64,000 nt of DNA, taken from NCBI GenBank assembly GCA_965215505.1, contig OZ244065.1, positions 704,001-768,000 of the forward strand, given 5' to 3'. The position numbers and the translations under genes were made by a program. The notes beneath the pieces were generated by a model. It saw only the letters and a list, made by a program, of their open reading frames with translations, was not told where the DNA came from and ran no database searches. This document shows, in pieces, positions 17,147 to 26,518 of this stretch; the first letter of the stretch is position 1; every line of letters begins with the position of its first letter. The stretch is from Capsulimonadaceae bacterium. GTDB lineage: Bacteria; Armatimonadota; Armatimonadia; Armatimonadales; Capsulimonadaceae.

Positions 17147-18102
17147 TGCGAAGCGATTTCCCCTTTGTGCTGCCGTAGCACCTGAATTCTTGCTGCGATC
17201 TCGTCCGCGATCTGCTCGGCACCCTTGCCGTCGGCGGGAACCCACTGGACGCGCGGGTCGCCCCGGAACCAGATGAGCTGACGCCGGGCGAACCGCCGCG
17301 TGTCCTGCTTCATGGCGGCGACGGCGAGGCCGAAGCTCATGTCGCCGGTCAGGGCCGCCGTCATGTGGCGGTAGCCGAGCGAGCGCATTGGTTTGAGGGT
17401 GGCGGGATAGCCCGATGCCAGCAGGCCGCGCACCTCATCAAGAAGCCCACCCTCCAGCATCTGGTCCACGCGGTCATCGATCCGCCCGTACAGGGCCGCG
17501 CGCTCGGCGAAGTTCAGGCCGAACACCAGCGGCTGTTCCTGCGGCTGCCGAGCGCGGTTCTCGGTGTGCAGGTCGGTCAGGCTCCGCCCGCTGGCGGCAT
17601 GGACCTCCAGGGCGCGGATCTGTCGCCCGATGTCATTGACGTGGAGCCGGGCCGCCGTCTCCGGGTCTATGGCCGCGACGCGCGCCAGCAGGGCGGCATT
17701 GCCGTTCGTTTCCGCAAATTCGCGCCACTGCGCGCGGAACGCCTCATCCGGCGGGGCGGTCGGGATGTCCAGAACGGTCGTCAGGGAGCGGACGTACAGC
17801 CCCGTCCCGCCGACGATCAGCGGCACATTGCCGCACGCCGCGATGGCGCGGCAGGCTTCGTCCCCGAGGCGCTGGTAATCGGCCAGAGTCCATTCCTGGT
17901 CGGGGTCGGCGACGTCAATGCCATGGAAGGCGGCCCGCCGCCGCTCTTCCGGGGTCGGCTTGGCCGTCCCGATGTCCATGTGCCGGTAGACCTGCATCGA
18001 GTCGGCGGAGACGATCTCCCCGCCGAGCCGCACAGACAGGCGGATGCCGACCGCCGTCTTGCCCGACGCCGTCGGCCCGACCAGCGCGATCCGGTCCGCC
18101 AT
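17143..18102 (-). CDS. miaA: tRNA dimethylallyltransferase
   Basis: GPTASGKT, SADSMQVY, IGTAKP, VGGTGLY, TRRFARRQLIWF; upstream TTGCGC-N17-TATACT at 18145-18173. Confidence 0.97.
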   Translation of the reverse strand: MADRIALVGPTASGKTAVGIRLSVRLGGEIVSADSMQVYRHMDIGTAKPTPEERRRAAFHGIDVADPDQEWTLADYQRLGDEACRAIAACGNVPLIVGGTGLYVRSLTTVLDIPTAPPDEAFRAQWREFAETNGNAALLARVAAIDPETAARLHVNDIGRQIRALEVHAASGRSLTDLHTENRARQPQEQPLVFGLNFAERAALYGRIDDRVDQMLEGGLLDEVRGLLASGYPATLKPMRSLGYRHMTAALTGDMSFGLAVAAMKQDTRRFARRQLIWFRGDPRVQWVPADGKGAEQIADEIAARIQVLRQHKGEIASQ

Positions 18103-18193
18103 TCGATCCCTTGGGCCTTCCGGCGTCTGCACTCGCACGGCCATAGTATAGCATATACGGGCGGGGCGCGCAAGGCGTTTCAGGCCGCTTCCG

Positions 18194-18439
18194 TCAGCCC
18201 GTCTTCGCCAGGACGGCGTCTATCTCGACGCCGTCCGGCTCGGTCAGCATCGTGTCGCCGATCCACGGGGTCGGCGTCACCTCGCGGCCCGTCCACTCGA
18301 GGACCTGGAGGCGGGCGGCCTCGTCTTCGGTGATGTCGATTTCGTCCCAGGTCACGCCGCGCTGGCGCAGGAAGTAGGCCGCGCGGGCGACATCAGGGCA
18401 GCCCGGACGGGTGTACATCGTGATCTTCGGCTGGCTCAT
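18194..18439 (-). CDS. Glutaredoxin/mycoredoxin-like protein with a single Cys (CPDV)
   Basis: ITMYTRPGCPD, EIDITED, TGREVTP; ATG overlaps the upstream stop. Confidence 0.75.
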   Translation of the reverse strand: MSQPKITMYTRPGCPDVARAAYFLRQRGVTWDEIDITEDEAARLQVLEWTGREVTPTPWIGDTMLTEPDGVEIDAVLAKTG

Positions 18440-19506
18440 TGACAGAACTCCTGGAGTTTTTCGGCGATGACTTCCGCGCCGTTGATGGGGAAGGCCTCAG
18501 CGTCAGGCCGGGCGGCGAGGGCCGATTGAAGCGCCCCCCCCCACTCCCCGGCGAAGAAGGCAGCTTCTGAGATTTCGACGCCGCCCCCCCACTTACTCAT
18601 ACCCAGAACAAGTGCCTCGTGTTCGCGGAAGCCGTAGCGCGGCAGATAGATCAAGGGGACCGAGTTCGCGATGCACTCGGTCAGGGTCCCATAGCCGGCC
18701 TTGGAGATCACGGCGTCCACGGACGCGGCCACGTCGGCGTAGCGCCACTGGCGGGCGTCGAAGGCGCGGACGTTGGCGACGGGCTGCGGCAGGGTGCTGT
18801 CCAGCAGGAAGACCCAATCCGTCCACTGCTCCAAAGCGGGCCAGTGGATGTCCAGGCCCCAGCCGCCCAGGTAGAGCAGGGCGAGGCGCTTGTCACGGGG
18901 GATGCCCAGGGCTTCGGCGAGCGCGGCGCGGCGCGGCTGACCCCGGCGGGCGACGAGGGGGACGCGCTCGACGTTCGGAAACACGTCACCCACGGTCGGC
19001 ACATTAAGCGCCGTGAGGCAGGCGATGGTCGCGGCTCCATACTCGGCGGCCATCTGCCGGAGCAGCGCGGCGTCGGCGTCCATCTCGGCATACTCCGAGT
19101 AGATGTCGTGCCAGGTGAAGTTGGCGATGGCGACGCCGGGGATGTTGGCCTGACGTGCGGCATACAGAGGGAACGGGGGGACATCGGAGGCGACGCAGCG
19201 GACGCCATGTTCCCGAAGAAACGCGACTTCTTCGGGAAGGCGGGCGGCGTTCGCCTGCGCGATCTCGGCATAGCGAGTCAGCGTCTCGCGCCGCAGCACG
19301 GTGACGCTGTCGCTTTGCAGGCAGCCGCAGTCGTACTCGGCGGACACATAGGAGAACGTGCGCCCCGGAAGCTCCTCGCGGAAGAGACGTTCCGGGGCCG
19401 TCGTTTTCAGGATCAGGGGCAGGCTTAGCGGCAGCGATTTAATGACCTGGATGCTGCGGACCGCGTGGCCGAAGCCGTGCCCCGTGATGTAATAGCAGAG
19501 TGCCAT
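18436..19506 (-). CDS. GT-B fold protein resembling the N-terminal domain of plant L-arabinokinase
   Basis: YYITGHGFGHA, DCGCLQSDSVTV, SDVPP..ANFTWHDIYSEY, SKAGYGTLTEC. Confidence 0.75.
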   Translation of the reverse strand: MALCYYITGHGFGHAVRSIQVIKSLPLSLPLILKTTAPERLFREELPGRTFSYVSAEYDCGCLQSDSVTVLRRETLTRYAEIAQANAARLPEEVAFLREHGVRCVASDVPPFPLYAARQANIPGVAIANFTWHDIYSEYAEMDADAALLRQMAAEYGAATIACLTALNVPTVGDVFPNVERVPLVARRGQPRRAALAEALGIPRDKRLALLYLGGWGLDIHWPALEQWTDWVFLLDSTLPQPVANVRAFDARQWRYADVAASVDAVISKAGYGTLTECIANSVPLIYLPRYGFREHEALVLGMSKWGGGVEISEAAFFAGEWGGALQSALAARPDAEAFPINGAEVIAEKLQEFCQ

Positions 19507-19509
19507 GGG

Positions 19510-21003
19510 CTAGGCCAGGTTCAGCACCAATGTCTGCACCGAGCAGGGGGGGAGGCTCAGGGTCAGCGTGTCCCCCTGCGCCTGCACGTCCGTCTGCGTG
19601 ATCCCGACGGCATCCGGCTGCTCGGCGGTGTTGTAAGCGTTGGCGGCCCCCGCCATCGTGTGCAGTCGGCCCCCATGCAGGGTGGCGTCGCGGATGGTCA
19701 CGGTGACCTCCTGGGCCTCGTCCTTCTGCCGGTTGCTGAGGCTGACGATGAGCCGGCCGTCCTTCTTGGAGGCGGACGCCGACAGGAGCGGCATGCTGCC
19801 GGACGGCAGATTGGCCCCGTGCATGTTGGTGATTGCCTTGGCGTCGCGCTCCGGGGCGTCGCCGATCTCGGCGCGGACGGCCTGCGCGCCCCGGTGCGGG
19901 GCATACAGGGCGAACAGGTGATAGGTGGGCGTCAGCCACATCTTCTCGCCCTTGGTCTGGACGAGGGCTTGCAGGACGTTGACGATCTGGGCGATGTTCG
20001 CCGTCGAAACCCGGTCGCACCACTTGTGGAAGACATCCAGGACGCCCGCGCCGATCACGGCATCACGGATCGTGCTGGGCGCCTCATAGTCGGTGCCCGT
20101 AACGGCCTCGGGGTGCCAGATGCCCCACTCATCAAAGGCGATGCCGATCTTCTTTTTGCGGCCCGACGTGAAGAAACGCAAAATCTCGTCGGTGAACCGG
20201 ATGTCGTCTTCCACCAGGGCAGAGGCGTGCATGGAGGCGTAGTAGTCGTCGTCGCTGAAACTGACGGCGGGACCGTGGACCCAGTACTGATGGACCGAGA
20301 CGTGGTCCAGCAGGCTCAGGTGGTTCCGCATGACCTCGACCAGCTTCATGTTCCAGTCGCGGTTGTTCAGGCCACAGGCCACCAGCTCGATGGAGTTGTC
20401 CGCCATCTTCAGGAAGGTCCCGAACCGCTTGAACTCCTTGGCGTAGCTCTCGGCGTCATAATTGCCGCCGCAGCCCCAGTTCTCGTTCCCCACCCCCCAG
20501 AACTTGACATCCATCGGGGCGGCGTGGCCGTTCGCGGCCCGCTCGCGGGCGAGTGTCGTGTCGGCCTTGCCGTTGCAGTAGACGACCCAATCGGCCAGCT
20601 CCTGGGCGGAGCCGGAGCCGACGTTCCCGGCGAGGTATGGGTCGGCCCCAATCATCCGGCAAAGGTCAATGAACTCGTGCGTCCCCAAGGTGTTGTCCTC
20701 GACGACGTTCAGGCCGCAGCTCTCGGCCCAGGTCCGGGGGCGGGATTCGCTCGGCCCGATGCCGTCGCGCCAGTGGTAGGAGTCGGCGAAGCAGCCGCCC
20801 GGCCAGCGCAGTTGGGGGATGCCGACGGCCTTCAGCGCCTCGATGATGTCGGTGCGGAACCCGCCCTGGTTGGGGATGGACGACGTGGGGCCGACCCAAA
20901 GCCCGTCATAGCAGCAGCGGCCCAGATGCTCGGCGAAGTGGCCGTGGATGTAGGGGGAGATGGTGCCGAGGGTTTCATCGGCGTGGATGGTGAGTTTGGA
21001 CAA
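19510..21003 (-). CDS. abfA: GH51 alpha-L-arabinofuranosidase
   Basis: GHFAEHLGRC, RWPGGCFAD, WGVGNENWGCGG, FDEWGIW, ANIAQIVNVLQA. Confidence 0.92.
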   Translation of the reverse strand: MSKLTIHADETLGTISPYIHGHFAEHLGRCCYDGLWVGPTSSIPNQGGFRTDIIEALKAVGIPQLRWPGGCFADSYHWRDGIGPSESRPRTWAESCGLNVVEDNTLGTHEFIDLCRMIGADPYLAGNVGSGSAQELADWVVYCNGKADTTLARERAANGHAAPMDVKFWGVGNENWGCGGNYDAESYAKEFKRFGTFLKMADNSIELVACGLNNRDWNMKLVEVMRNHLSLLDHVSVHQYWVHGPAVSFSDDDYYASMHASALVEDDIRFTDEILRFFTSGRKKKIGIAFDEWGIWHPEAVTGTDYEAPSTIRDAVIGAGVLDVFHKWCDRVSTANIAQIVNVLQALVQTKGEKMWLTPTYHLFALYAPHRGAQAVRAEIGDAPERDAKAITNMHGANLPSGSMPLLSASASKKDGRLIVSLSNRQKDEAQEVTVTIRDATLHGGRLHTMAGAANAYNTAEQPDAVGITQTDVQAQGDTLTLSLPPCSVQTLVLNLA

Positions 21004-21028
21004 GTTAAGCCTCTTTGGAGTATGGGGA

Positions 21029-21766
21029 TTAGGATCTGCGGTGGACGAGAGTGGCGGTCGCCTGGTCGAGCGGGCGGATCGTCATCTGGTCAATGTTGAC
21101 ATGGGGCGGGCGCGTCACGGCCCAAACGATGGCATCCGCGACATCGTCCGCCGTCAGCGGCGTCATTCCCTGGTAGGGCTTCGTCGCCCGCTCGGCGTCG
21201 CCGCCGAAGCGGATCAGGCTGAACTCGGTTTCCACCAGGCCGGGCGCGATCTCGGTGACGCGGACCGGCTTGCCGAGCAGTTCCAGGCGCAGAGTCTCGG
21301 CGACGGCGCGCTCGGCGTGTTTGGCCGCCGTGTACCCCGCGCCACCGGGATAGACTTCAAACCCGGCGATGCTGCCGATGACGACTATGTGCCCCTGCCC
21401 GGACGCTTCCAGCTTGGGCAGGAGGGTCCGGGTCATCCGCATGGTCCCCAGGACGTTCGACTCGAACATCGTCCGCCACTTCTCGTCCTCGGCCTCGGCG
21501 ATGGGTTCCAGGCCCAAAGCCCCGCCCGCATTGTTGACCAGGACGTTTATGGCGGGGACCTGCTCGCAGAAGGCCGCGACGCTGGCCGCATCAGTCACGT
21601 CCAGGGCAAAAGCCCGCGCGCCGAGCGGCGCTGCTACGGCCTGCAACTTGTCCATCCGGCGCGCGCCGAGGACGAGGTCGTAGCCGGCCTGGGCCAAGTG
21701 ATGGGCGGTGGCAGCGCCGATGCCGCTGCTCGCGCCGGTGACGACGGCGATAGGTTTATTTGTCAT
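21029..21766 (-). CDS. SDR oxidoreductase (YdfG-like)
   Basis: TGASSGIG, NNAG, YTAAK, PGLVETEFS; start at ATG 21766. Confidence 0.9.
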   Translation of the reverse strand: MTNKPIAVVTGASSGIGAATAHHLAQAGYDLVLGARRMDKLQAVAAPLGARAFALDVTDAASVAAFCEQVPAINVLVNNAGGALGLEPIAEAEDEKWRTMFESNVLGTMRMTRTLLPKLEASGQGHIVVIGSIAGFEVYPGGAGYTAAKHAERAVAETLRLELLGKPVRVTEIAPGLVETEFSLIRFGGDAERATKPYQGMTPLTADDVADAIVWAVTRPPHVNIDQMTIRPLDQATATLVHRRS

Positions 21767-21785
21767 AGGATATCTTTCATAGAAC

Positions 21786-22979
21786 CTAAAAATGATCCTG
21801 CAAGTAGCAAACGGCGGGCGGTAGCAGCCGGGACAGCACCTGGTACTGCGCCTCGTCACCGACCGTCAGCCGCCCCGCCGCGCGGAGCAAGTCGAGGGAA
21901 GGCTGGCCCCAATACGCCTGCGACAATGCCTGGATGTCCAGCGAGACGCCGGGGGCGTCTTGGGTGGGCGCGGCGGTCACTCGCCCGGCCTCGGCAGTGA
22001 CCGCGAACGTCCGGTTGTTCCACTCGCAGGAGCTATCCGAGACTTGCAGGATGACGCGGCCCGTCAACATAGGCTCCGGCGTCAGCGCGGCGAGTGCTGG
22101 GACAACGTCCACGACGCGGCCCATGAACAGGGGGCTGATCGTCGTGTTCAGGTCGTAATGCATCACATGGAGCGGCAGCGGGTCATCGGCTGGGGCGGAG
22201 AAATCCACCCGGCGTACCTGTGTCCCGTAATAGTGCAGCGTGGACAGCAGCCCGCGATAGGCGGCGGGCGTGTTGGCGAAGAACTCGCCGACATGGCCCG
22301 TCTCGCCGCCGTGCGGATAGCGGAATGACAGATAGCCCTCAGCCTGGTCCGTTAAGGGGTCGTGGTAGACCTGAACATAAGTCGTCCGGTTGTCATGGTG
22401 CGAGAGTGATCGCTTCCAGAAGTTCGGCTGGGCATCAGCCCGCGTCGCCATGCCGCGATGGCGGCGGGCAAACGTCTCATAAATGGGCCGCACGACTTCG
22501 ACCGCCTCCAAACCCTCATAGCAGCGGACGTGTTTGCCTTCCGGGCTGGCCCGGATCTCCGCCGTGGGCAGGTCATAATGCCGCTTCTCCCCCACCCACT
22601 CCCAGCCGTGCCGCCGGTAGAAGGCGTAGGCGAACGGGTACAGGCCGCTCGTGAACCGCCCGGCGTCCCGCATCACGCGCAACGACTCGCCCATCAGGCG
22701 GCCGACGTGGCCCCGCCCGCGCTGTTCAGCCGCGCAGGCGACACCCGCAATGCCGCCCATCGGCAGAGTGGCCGCGCCCCAGATCATATGCAGGTCGTGG
22801 ATCGTCGCCGCCGCGACCAGGCGCGTGCCGTCGAACACGCCCAAAGTCGTGCTGACGCGGTCCTTGTCCTCCTCCGGCTCGGGCGCAGAGGGGCGGCTGC
22901 CGCCGGAGAAAGCCTCCGACATCAGCCGCGATAGGGCCGCGTCATCGTCCGGCGTCAGTGCGCGCAGTTCAGTCGTCAT
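21786..22979 (-). CDS. Eis-family GNAT acetyltransferase with an SCP2 domain
   Basis: GGIAGVA..EQRGRG, LYPFAYAFYRRHGWE, MGRVVDV, C-terminal YLQDHF. Confidence 0.88.
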   Translation of the reverse strand: MTTELRALTPDDDAALSRLMSEAFSGGSRPSAPEPEEDKDRVSTTLGVFDGTRLVAAATIHDLHMIWGAATLPMGGIAGVACAAEQRGRGHVGRLMGESLRVMRDAGRFTSGLYPFAYAFYRRHGWEWVGEKRHYDLPTAEIRASPEGKHVRCYEGLEAVEVVRPIYETFARRHRGMATRADAQPNFWKRSLSHHDNRTTYVQVYHDPLTDQAEGYLSFRYPHGGETGHVGEFFANTPAAYRGLLSTLHYYGTQVRRVDFSAPADDPLPLHVMHYDLNTTISPLFMGRVVDVVPALAALTPEPMLTGRVILQVSDSSCEWNNRTFAVTAEAGRVTAAPTQDAPGVSLDIQALSQAYWGQPSLDLLRAAGRLTVGDEAQYQVLSRLLPPAVCYLQDHF

Positions 22980-23003
22980 AAGATGAGAAGCCTTACGAGC
23001 CAG

Positions 23004-23154
23004 GACGAGTGAATGAATTCACTCGCTCCACTTGGAAGCGTCCAAGGGACGCGAGAACAGGGTGATGCCACCCCGTCTTTCCCCTCCTCTGTTCTTCCAC
23101 CTCTTCTGTCCCCTGGACAGGTCTGGCGGCAGCGAGTGATCTCAATCACTCGTC
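23004..23154. repeat. REPIN-like composite inverted repeat (family A variant)
   Basis: GACGAGTGAATGAATTCACTCGCT ... AGCGAGTGATCTCAATCACTCGTC with inner GTCCAAGGGAC / GTCCCCTGGAC. Confidence 0.8.
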
Positions 23155-23176
23155 TTTTTCGTCTTGTCGCGTCTTC

Positions 23177-24325
23177 CTACACCTTCACCGCCCGCGCGCC
23201 CTGGGCGGCGCGGCAGGCGTAGACGTGGGCCTCATAGTCCGTCTTTTCCTTGTACTGGGCGGCAAGGTCACGGCAGAACTGCGGGACAGCCTCGGCATGG
23301 ACCAGGTTGACCGAGCAGCCGCCCCAGCCGCCGCCCGTCAGCTTTGCGCCGATGCAGCCGGGCAGGCGGGCGGCGAGGGCGACCAGCAGGTCTATCTCGG
23401 GCGTCGAGTTTTCAAAGAGGTCGCGGCAGGACGCATGGCCTTCCGCCAGAAGCTGACCCATTCGCGTCACGTCGCCCTTCTGGGCGGCCTCGCGCATCGC
23501 CAGGACGCGCTTGTCTTCGCTGAGGACGTGCCGCGCCCGCTTGCGCTGGTTCTCGGGCAGTTCGCCCTCGCGCGCCATGAACTCCTCCCAGGTGACTTCG
23601 CGCAGGAGCCGCTTGCCGAAGTGGGCGGCGGCGGCCATGCACTCGGCGTGGCGCGTGGCGTAGTCGCCGCTGGTCAGGGCATGCTTGACGTTGGAGTCGC
23701 AGACGACGATGGCGATGTCGTCCCGGCCCATCTTGACGGCGGTATGTTCCAGGGTCAGGCAGTCCAGGAACAGCAGACCGTCCTGAACGCCGAACACGGA
23801 CGAAAACTGGTCCAGGATGCCGCAGGGGACGCCCACGAACTCGTTCTCCGCCTTCTGGCAGAGCCGCGCGATCTGCATCGGGTCGCGGTCGTAAGGGAAC
23901 AACTGCTGCAAGAAAAACGCCGTCGCCACTTCCAGGGCCGCCGACGAGGACAGCCCCGCCCCGCCCGGCACGTCGCTGTGGATGACGGCATTGAAGCCGC
24001 CGATACTCACGCCCTCCCGCTTGAGCTGCTGGACGACGCCCAGCACATAGCTGGCCCACGAGTTGTGCGGGTCGGCCTGGATGTCCTTCGCCGAGACGGA
24101 CGAGTCTCGCCGGAAGTCGGCGGCGTGGAGGGAGATCGTATCGTTCCCCGTCGGCGACCCGGCCACGACCGTGCCTTTGTCCAGGGCGGCGGGCAGGACG
24201 AACCCGCCGTTGTAGTCGGTGTGGTTGCCCATGATCTCGACCCGCCCCGGCGCGAGCGCGGCGGCTTCGGGCGCGGACCCGAAGCGGCGCGTGTAGGCCG
24301 CGACGGCGTTGTCTACGAGTGCCAT
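23177..24325 (-). CDS. galK: Galactokinase-family GHMP sugar kinase
   Basis: APGRVEIMGNHTDYNGG, PGGAGLSSSAA, CGILDQ, GAKLTGGGWGG. Confidence 0.88.
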   Translation of the reverse strand: MALVDNAVAAYTRRFGSAPEAAALAPGRVEIMGNHTDYNGGFVLPAALDKGTVVAGSPTGNDTISLHAADFRRDSSVSAKDIQADPHNSWASYVLGVVQQLKREGVSIGGFNAVIHSDVPGGAGLSSSAALEVATAFFLQQLFPYDRDPMQIARLCQKAENEFVGVPCGILDQFSSVFGVQDGLLFLDCLTLEHTAVKMGRDDIAIVVCDSNVKHALTSGDYATRHAECMAAAAHFGKRLLREVTWEEFMAREGELPENQRKRARHVLSEDKRVLAMREAAQKGDVTRMGQLLAEGHASCRDLFENSTPEIDLLVALAARLPGCIGAKLTGGGWGGCSVNLVHAEAVPQFCRDLAAQYKEKTDYEAHVYACRAAQGARAVKV

Positions 24326-24352
24326 TGTGTCATCCCTTTGTCATCAGAATCG

Positions 24353-24568
24353 TCACAAGTCGCGCGGCGTGAGGCCGGTTTGTTTAGCGATTCGGGCCAG
24401 CATTATCGGGCCGATCTCCACCCCGTCATGGAAGGCCCAGATGTAGTCCGGCCAATCCGCGCGTTCCAATACGATATGGGAACCACCGCTCCGGCGCTTG
24501 ATGCTCCAGCCGATACGAAGAAGCGCCGCCAGAACACGCCCCGCCTTTGTAGAAGGCCATTGACTCAT
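24353..24568 (-). CDS. hicA: HicA family mRNA interferase toxin
   Basis: RIGWSIKRRSGGSH..L, AFHDGVEIGP.MLARIAKQTGL. Confidence 0.88.
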   Translation of the reverse strand: MSQWPSTKAGRVLAALLRIGWSIKRRSGGSHIVLERADWPDYIWAFHDGVEIGPIMLARIAKQTGLTPRDL

Positions 24569-24592
24569 GAATGCGCCTTCATTACGAAATTC

Positions 24593-24811
24593 TCATGCCG
24601 CAATGGAGAAAACCTGTGGCAGTACATCCACTTGTTCCGGCAAAGTTTCTCCATGCTCAACCCGGTCCGCAAGGACCCGCAGCGCGAGAACTTGGGCACG
24701 GACAACCGCCTCAGTACGGGTTTCGCCGTAGGCCAGCACGCCGGGGAGTTCGGGGATCTCACTTAACCAGCGGCCGTCCTCTTCTTGTTCGACTTCAATG
24801 GAAATTCGCAC
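24593..24811 (-). CDS. hicB: HicB family antitoxin
   Basis: IEVEQEEDGRWLSEIPELPGVLAYGET. Confidence 0.88.
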   Translation of the reverse strand: MRISIEVEQEEDGRWLSEIPELPGVLAYGETRTEAVVRAQVLALRVLADRVEHGETLPEQVDVLPQVFSIAA

Positions 24812-24827
24812 TGTTTCACCTTCTGTC

Positions 24828-25367
24828 TCACTGCACCCGCCGATAGATGCCGTTCGCGCGCTCCATCAGCCCCGTGTCCACCATCTCGCGGCGCAGGCTC
24901 GCGTAGTCCTCGTGGTAGTTCAAGAGCAGGTAGCTGACTTCCTGCTCGGTGTAGGCGCGGCCCGTCTCGAACTTCCCGACCAGGTAGCGCAGGACGACCT
25001 CCCGCTTCTTGCGCTGGACCGGGATGGTTTTCAGCCTGCCGTTGACAAAGAAGTCCCCCAGCACCCGCGCGTCAAAGGCGGACGCATCGGGCGGCAGGTC
25101 GGACGCGCTGGCCGCCGCTTTCGTCTCGCGCAACGCCTCAAAGATCGCCGACGGCTTGTACCGCCAGCGGAAACCGTCGTGGGCGAACGTCTCCTCCAGC
25201 AGCCCCGCCGCTTTGAGCGGCGGCAGCAAGGCCATCGTCTCCGCCTCGGATAGTCCCGCCGCCCGCGCCAGCGTGTGCAGGGGGAGTGGGTCGCCGCAGA
25301 GCTGGCCCAGCAATTTGACCTTCTTCGGGTCGGCGAACACGCGCAGGATGTCGGCGGGGTTGGTCAC
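24828..25367 (-). CDS. ArsR-type HTH + DUF2087 protein
   Basis: LRVFADP N-terminus; GRLKTIPVQRKKR, YTEQEV, DYASLRREMVD. Confidence 0.85.
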   Translation of the reverse strand: MTNPADILRVFADPKKVKLLGQLCGDPLPLHTLARAAGLSEAETMALLPPLKAAGLLEETFAHDGFRWRYKPSAIFEALRETKAAASASDLPPDASAFDARVLGDFFVNGRLKTIPVQRKKREVVLRYLVGKFETGRAYTEQEVSYLLLNYHEDYASLRREMVDTGLMERANGIYRRVQ

Positions 25368-25661
25368 GCTAACCTATCGCCTCCGCCACATAGATTTTGG
25401 GATTTCGCCTAGAACGTGGGAGTTTAAGCCTGGATCGTTCTGGTCTGCTCGATATTCACGGACTTCTTTGCGATCTGTGTTCCATCGAACGACGATCTTG
25501 CAGCCATGCTGAAGATAAATTTGCTTTAGGAACGGCGCAGCTCCCAACGCTTCCTGTATTTTGGCATCGTACACGTCATCACCGGAACGCTCGTAGTCGC
25601 CAATATGAACTGACGTTTCCCCCGTTTTATGTACCACGGGCAGAGTGAGCGCTTCTGTTGT

Positions 25662-26483
25662 CTAGCCGGGCGGCTTCTTTTCCGCCTGCTCCCGTTGCCA
25701 GGCCCGCGCATACGCGGCGGGCGGCACATACTTCAGGCTGCTGTGCGGACGCTCCTCATTGTACCAGAGCCGATGCGCTCCCAGCCGCACCTGGGCGTCC
25801 TGAACCGAGGCGAAGACCTCGCGGTCAAGCAACTCGTCGCGCAGTTTGCCGTGGAAGCTCTCCTGGAACCCGTTCTGCCACGGGCAGCCAGGGTCGATGT
25901 AGTGCGGCGCGGAGCCGCTGCTCGAAAGCAGGCTCTGGACCTCGCCCGCGATGAACTCGGGACCGTTGTCGCTGCGGACGAAGCGCGGGACGCCGCGCAC
26001 AGCGAACAACGGCTTCAAGGCGGCAAGCACTGCCCCGCTGGTCAGGGACACGCCCACCGTCACGGACAGCCACTCGCGCGTGAACTCGTCCAGGATGTTC
26101 AGCAGGCGGATCTTGCGACCAGAGAGCAGCCCGTCCTCCTGGAAGTCGTAGCTCCAGACGTGGTCGGGGTGCTCCGCCTGGCAGGGCACGCGCCGCCCCG
26201 CCCTGACCTTGCGCTTCTTCGGGCACTGCGGCACTTGCAGGCCGCTCTTTCGCCAGACGCGCTCCACGCGCTTGCGGTTGACGAGGTGGCCGCCCGCCCG
26301 CAAGAGCGCGTGGGCGCGCGGGATGCCGAAGCGCGGGTGCTTCCGCTTGATCCGCTCAAGCTGCTCCCGGAGCGGCTGGTCGTCACGCGGGTGCGCCTGG
26401 TAGCGGGCGCTGGAACGCGAGATTTTCGCCAGGCGGCAGGCTTGGCGCTGTGAGAGGCCGCGCTCCACCGCCTGCGAGACCAC
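25662..26483 (-). CDS. IS3 transposase OrfB (DDE integrase core), reached by -1 frameshift
   Basis: WSYDF, RSDNGPEF, PWQNGFQESF; frame is -1 relative to OrfA. Confidence 0.93.
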   Translation of the reverse strand: MVSQAVERGLSQRQACRLAKISRSSARYQAHPRDDQPLREQLERIKRKHPRFGIPRAHALLRAGGHLVNRKRVERVWRKSGLQVPQCPKKRKVRAGRRVPCQAEHPDHVWSYDFQEDGLLSGRKIRLLNILDEFTREWLSVTVGVSLTSGAVLAALKPLFAVRGVPRFVRSDNGPEFIAGEVQSLLSSSGSAPHYIDPGCPWQNGFQESFHGKLRDELLDREVFASVQDAQVRLGAHRLWYNEERPHSSLKYVPPAAYARAWQREQAEKKPPG

Positions 26484-26518
26484 CGCGCGCCCCTCGGCCA
26501 GCGGGTCGGCGGCCTCGG

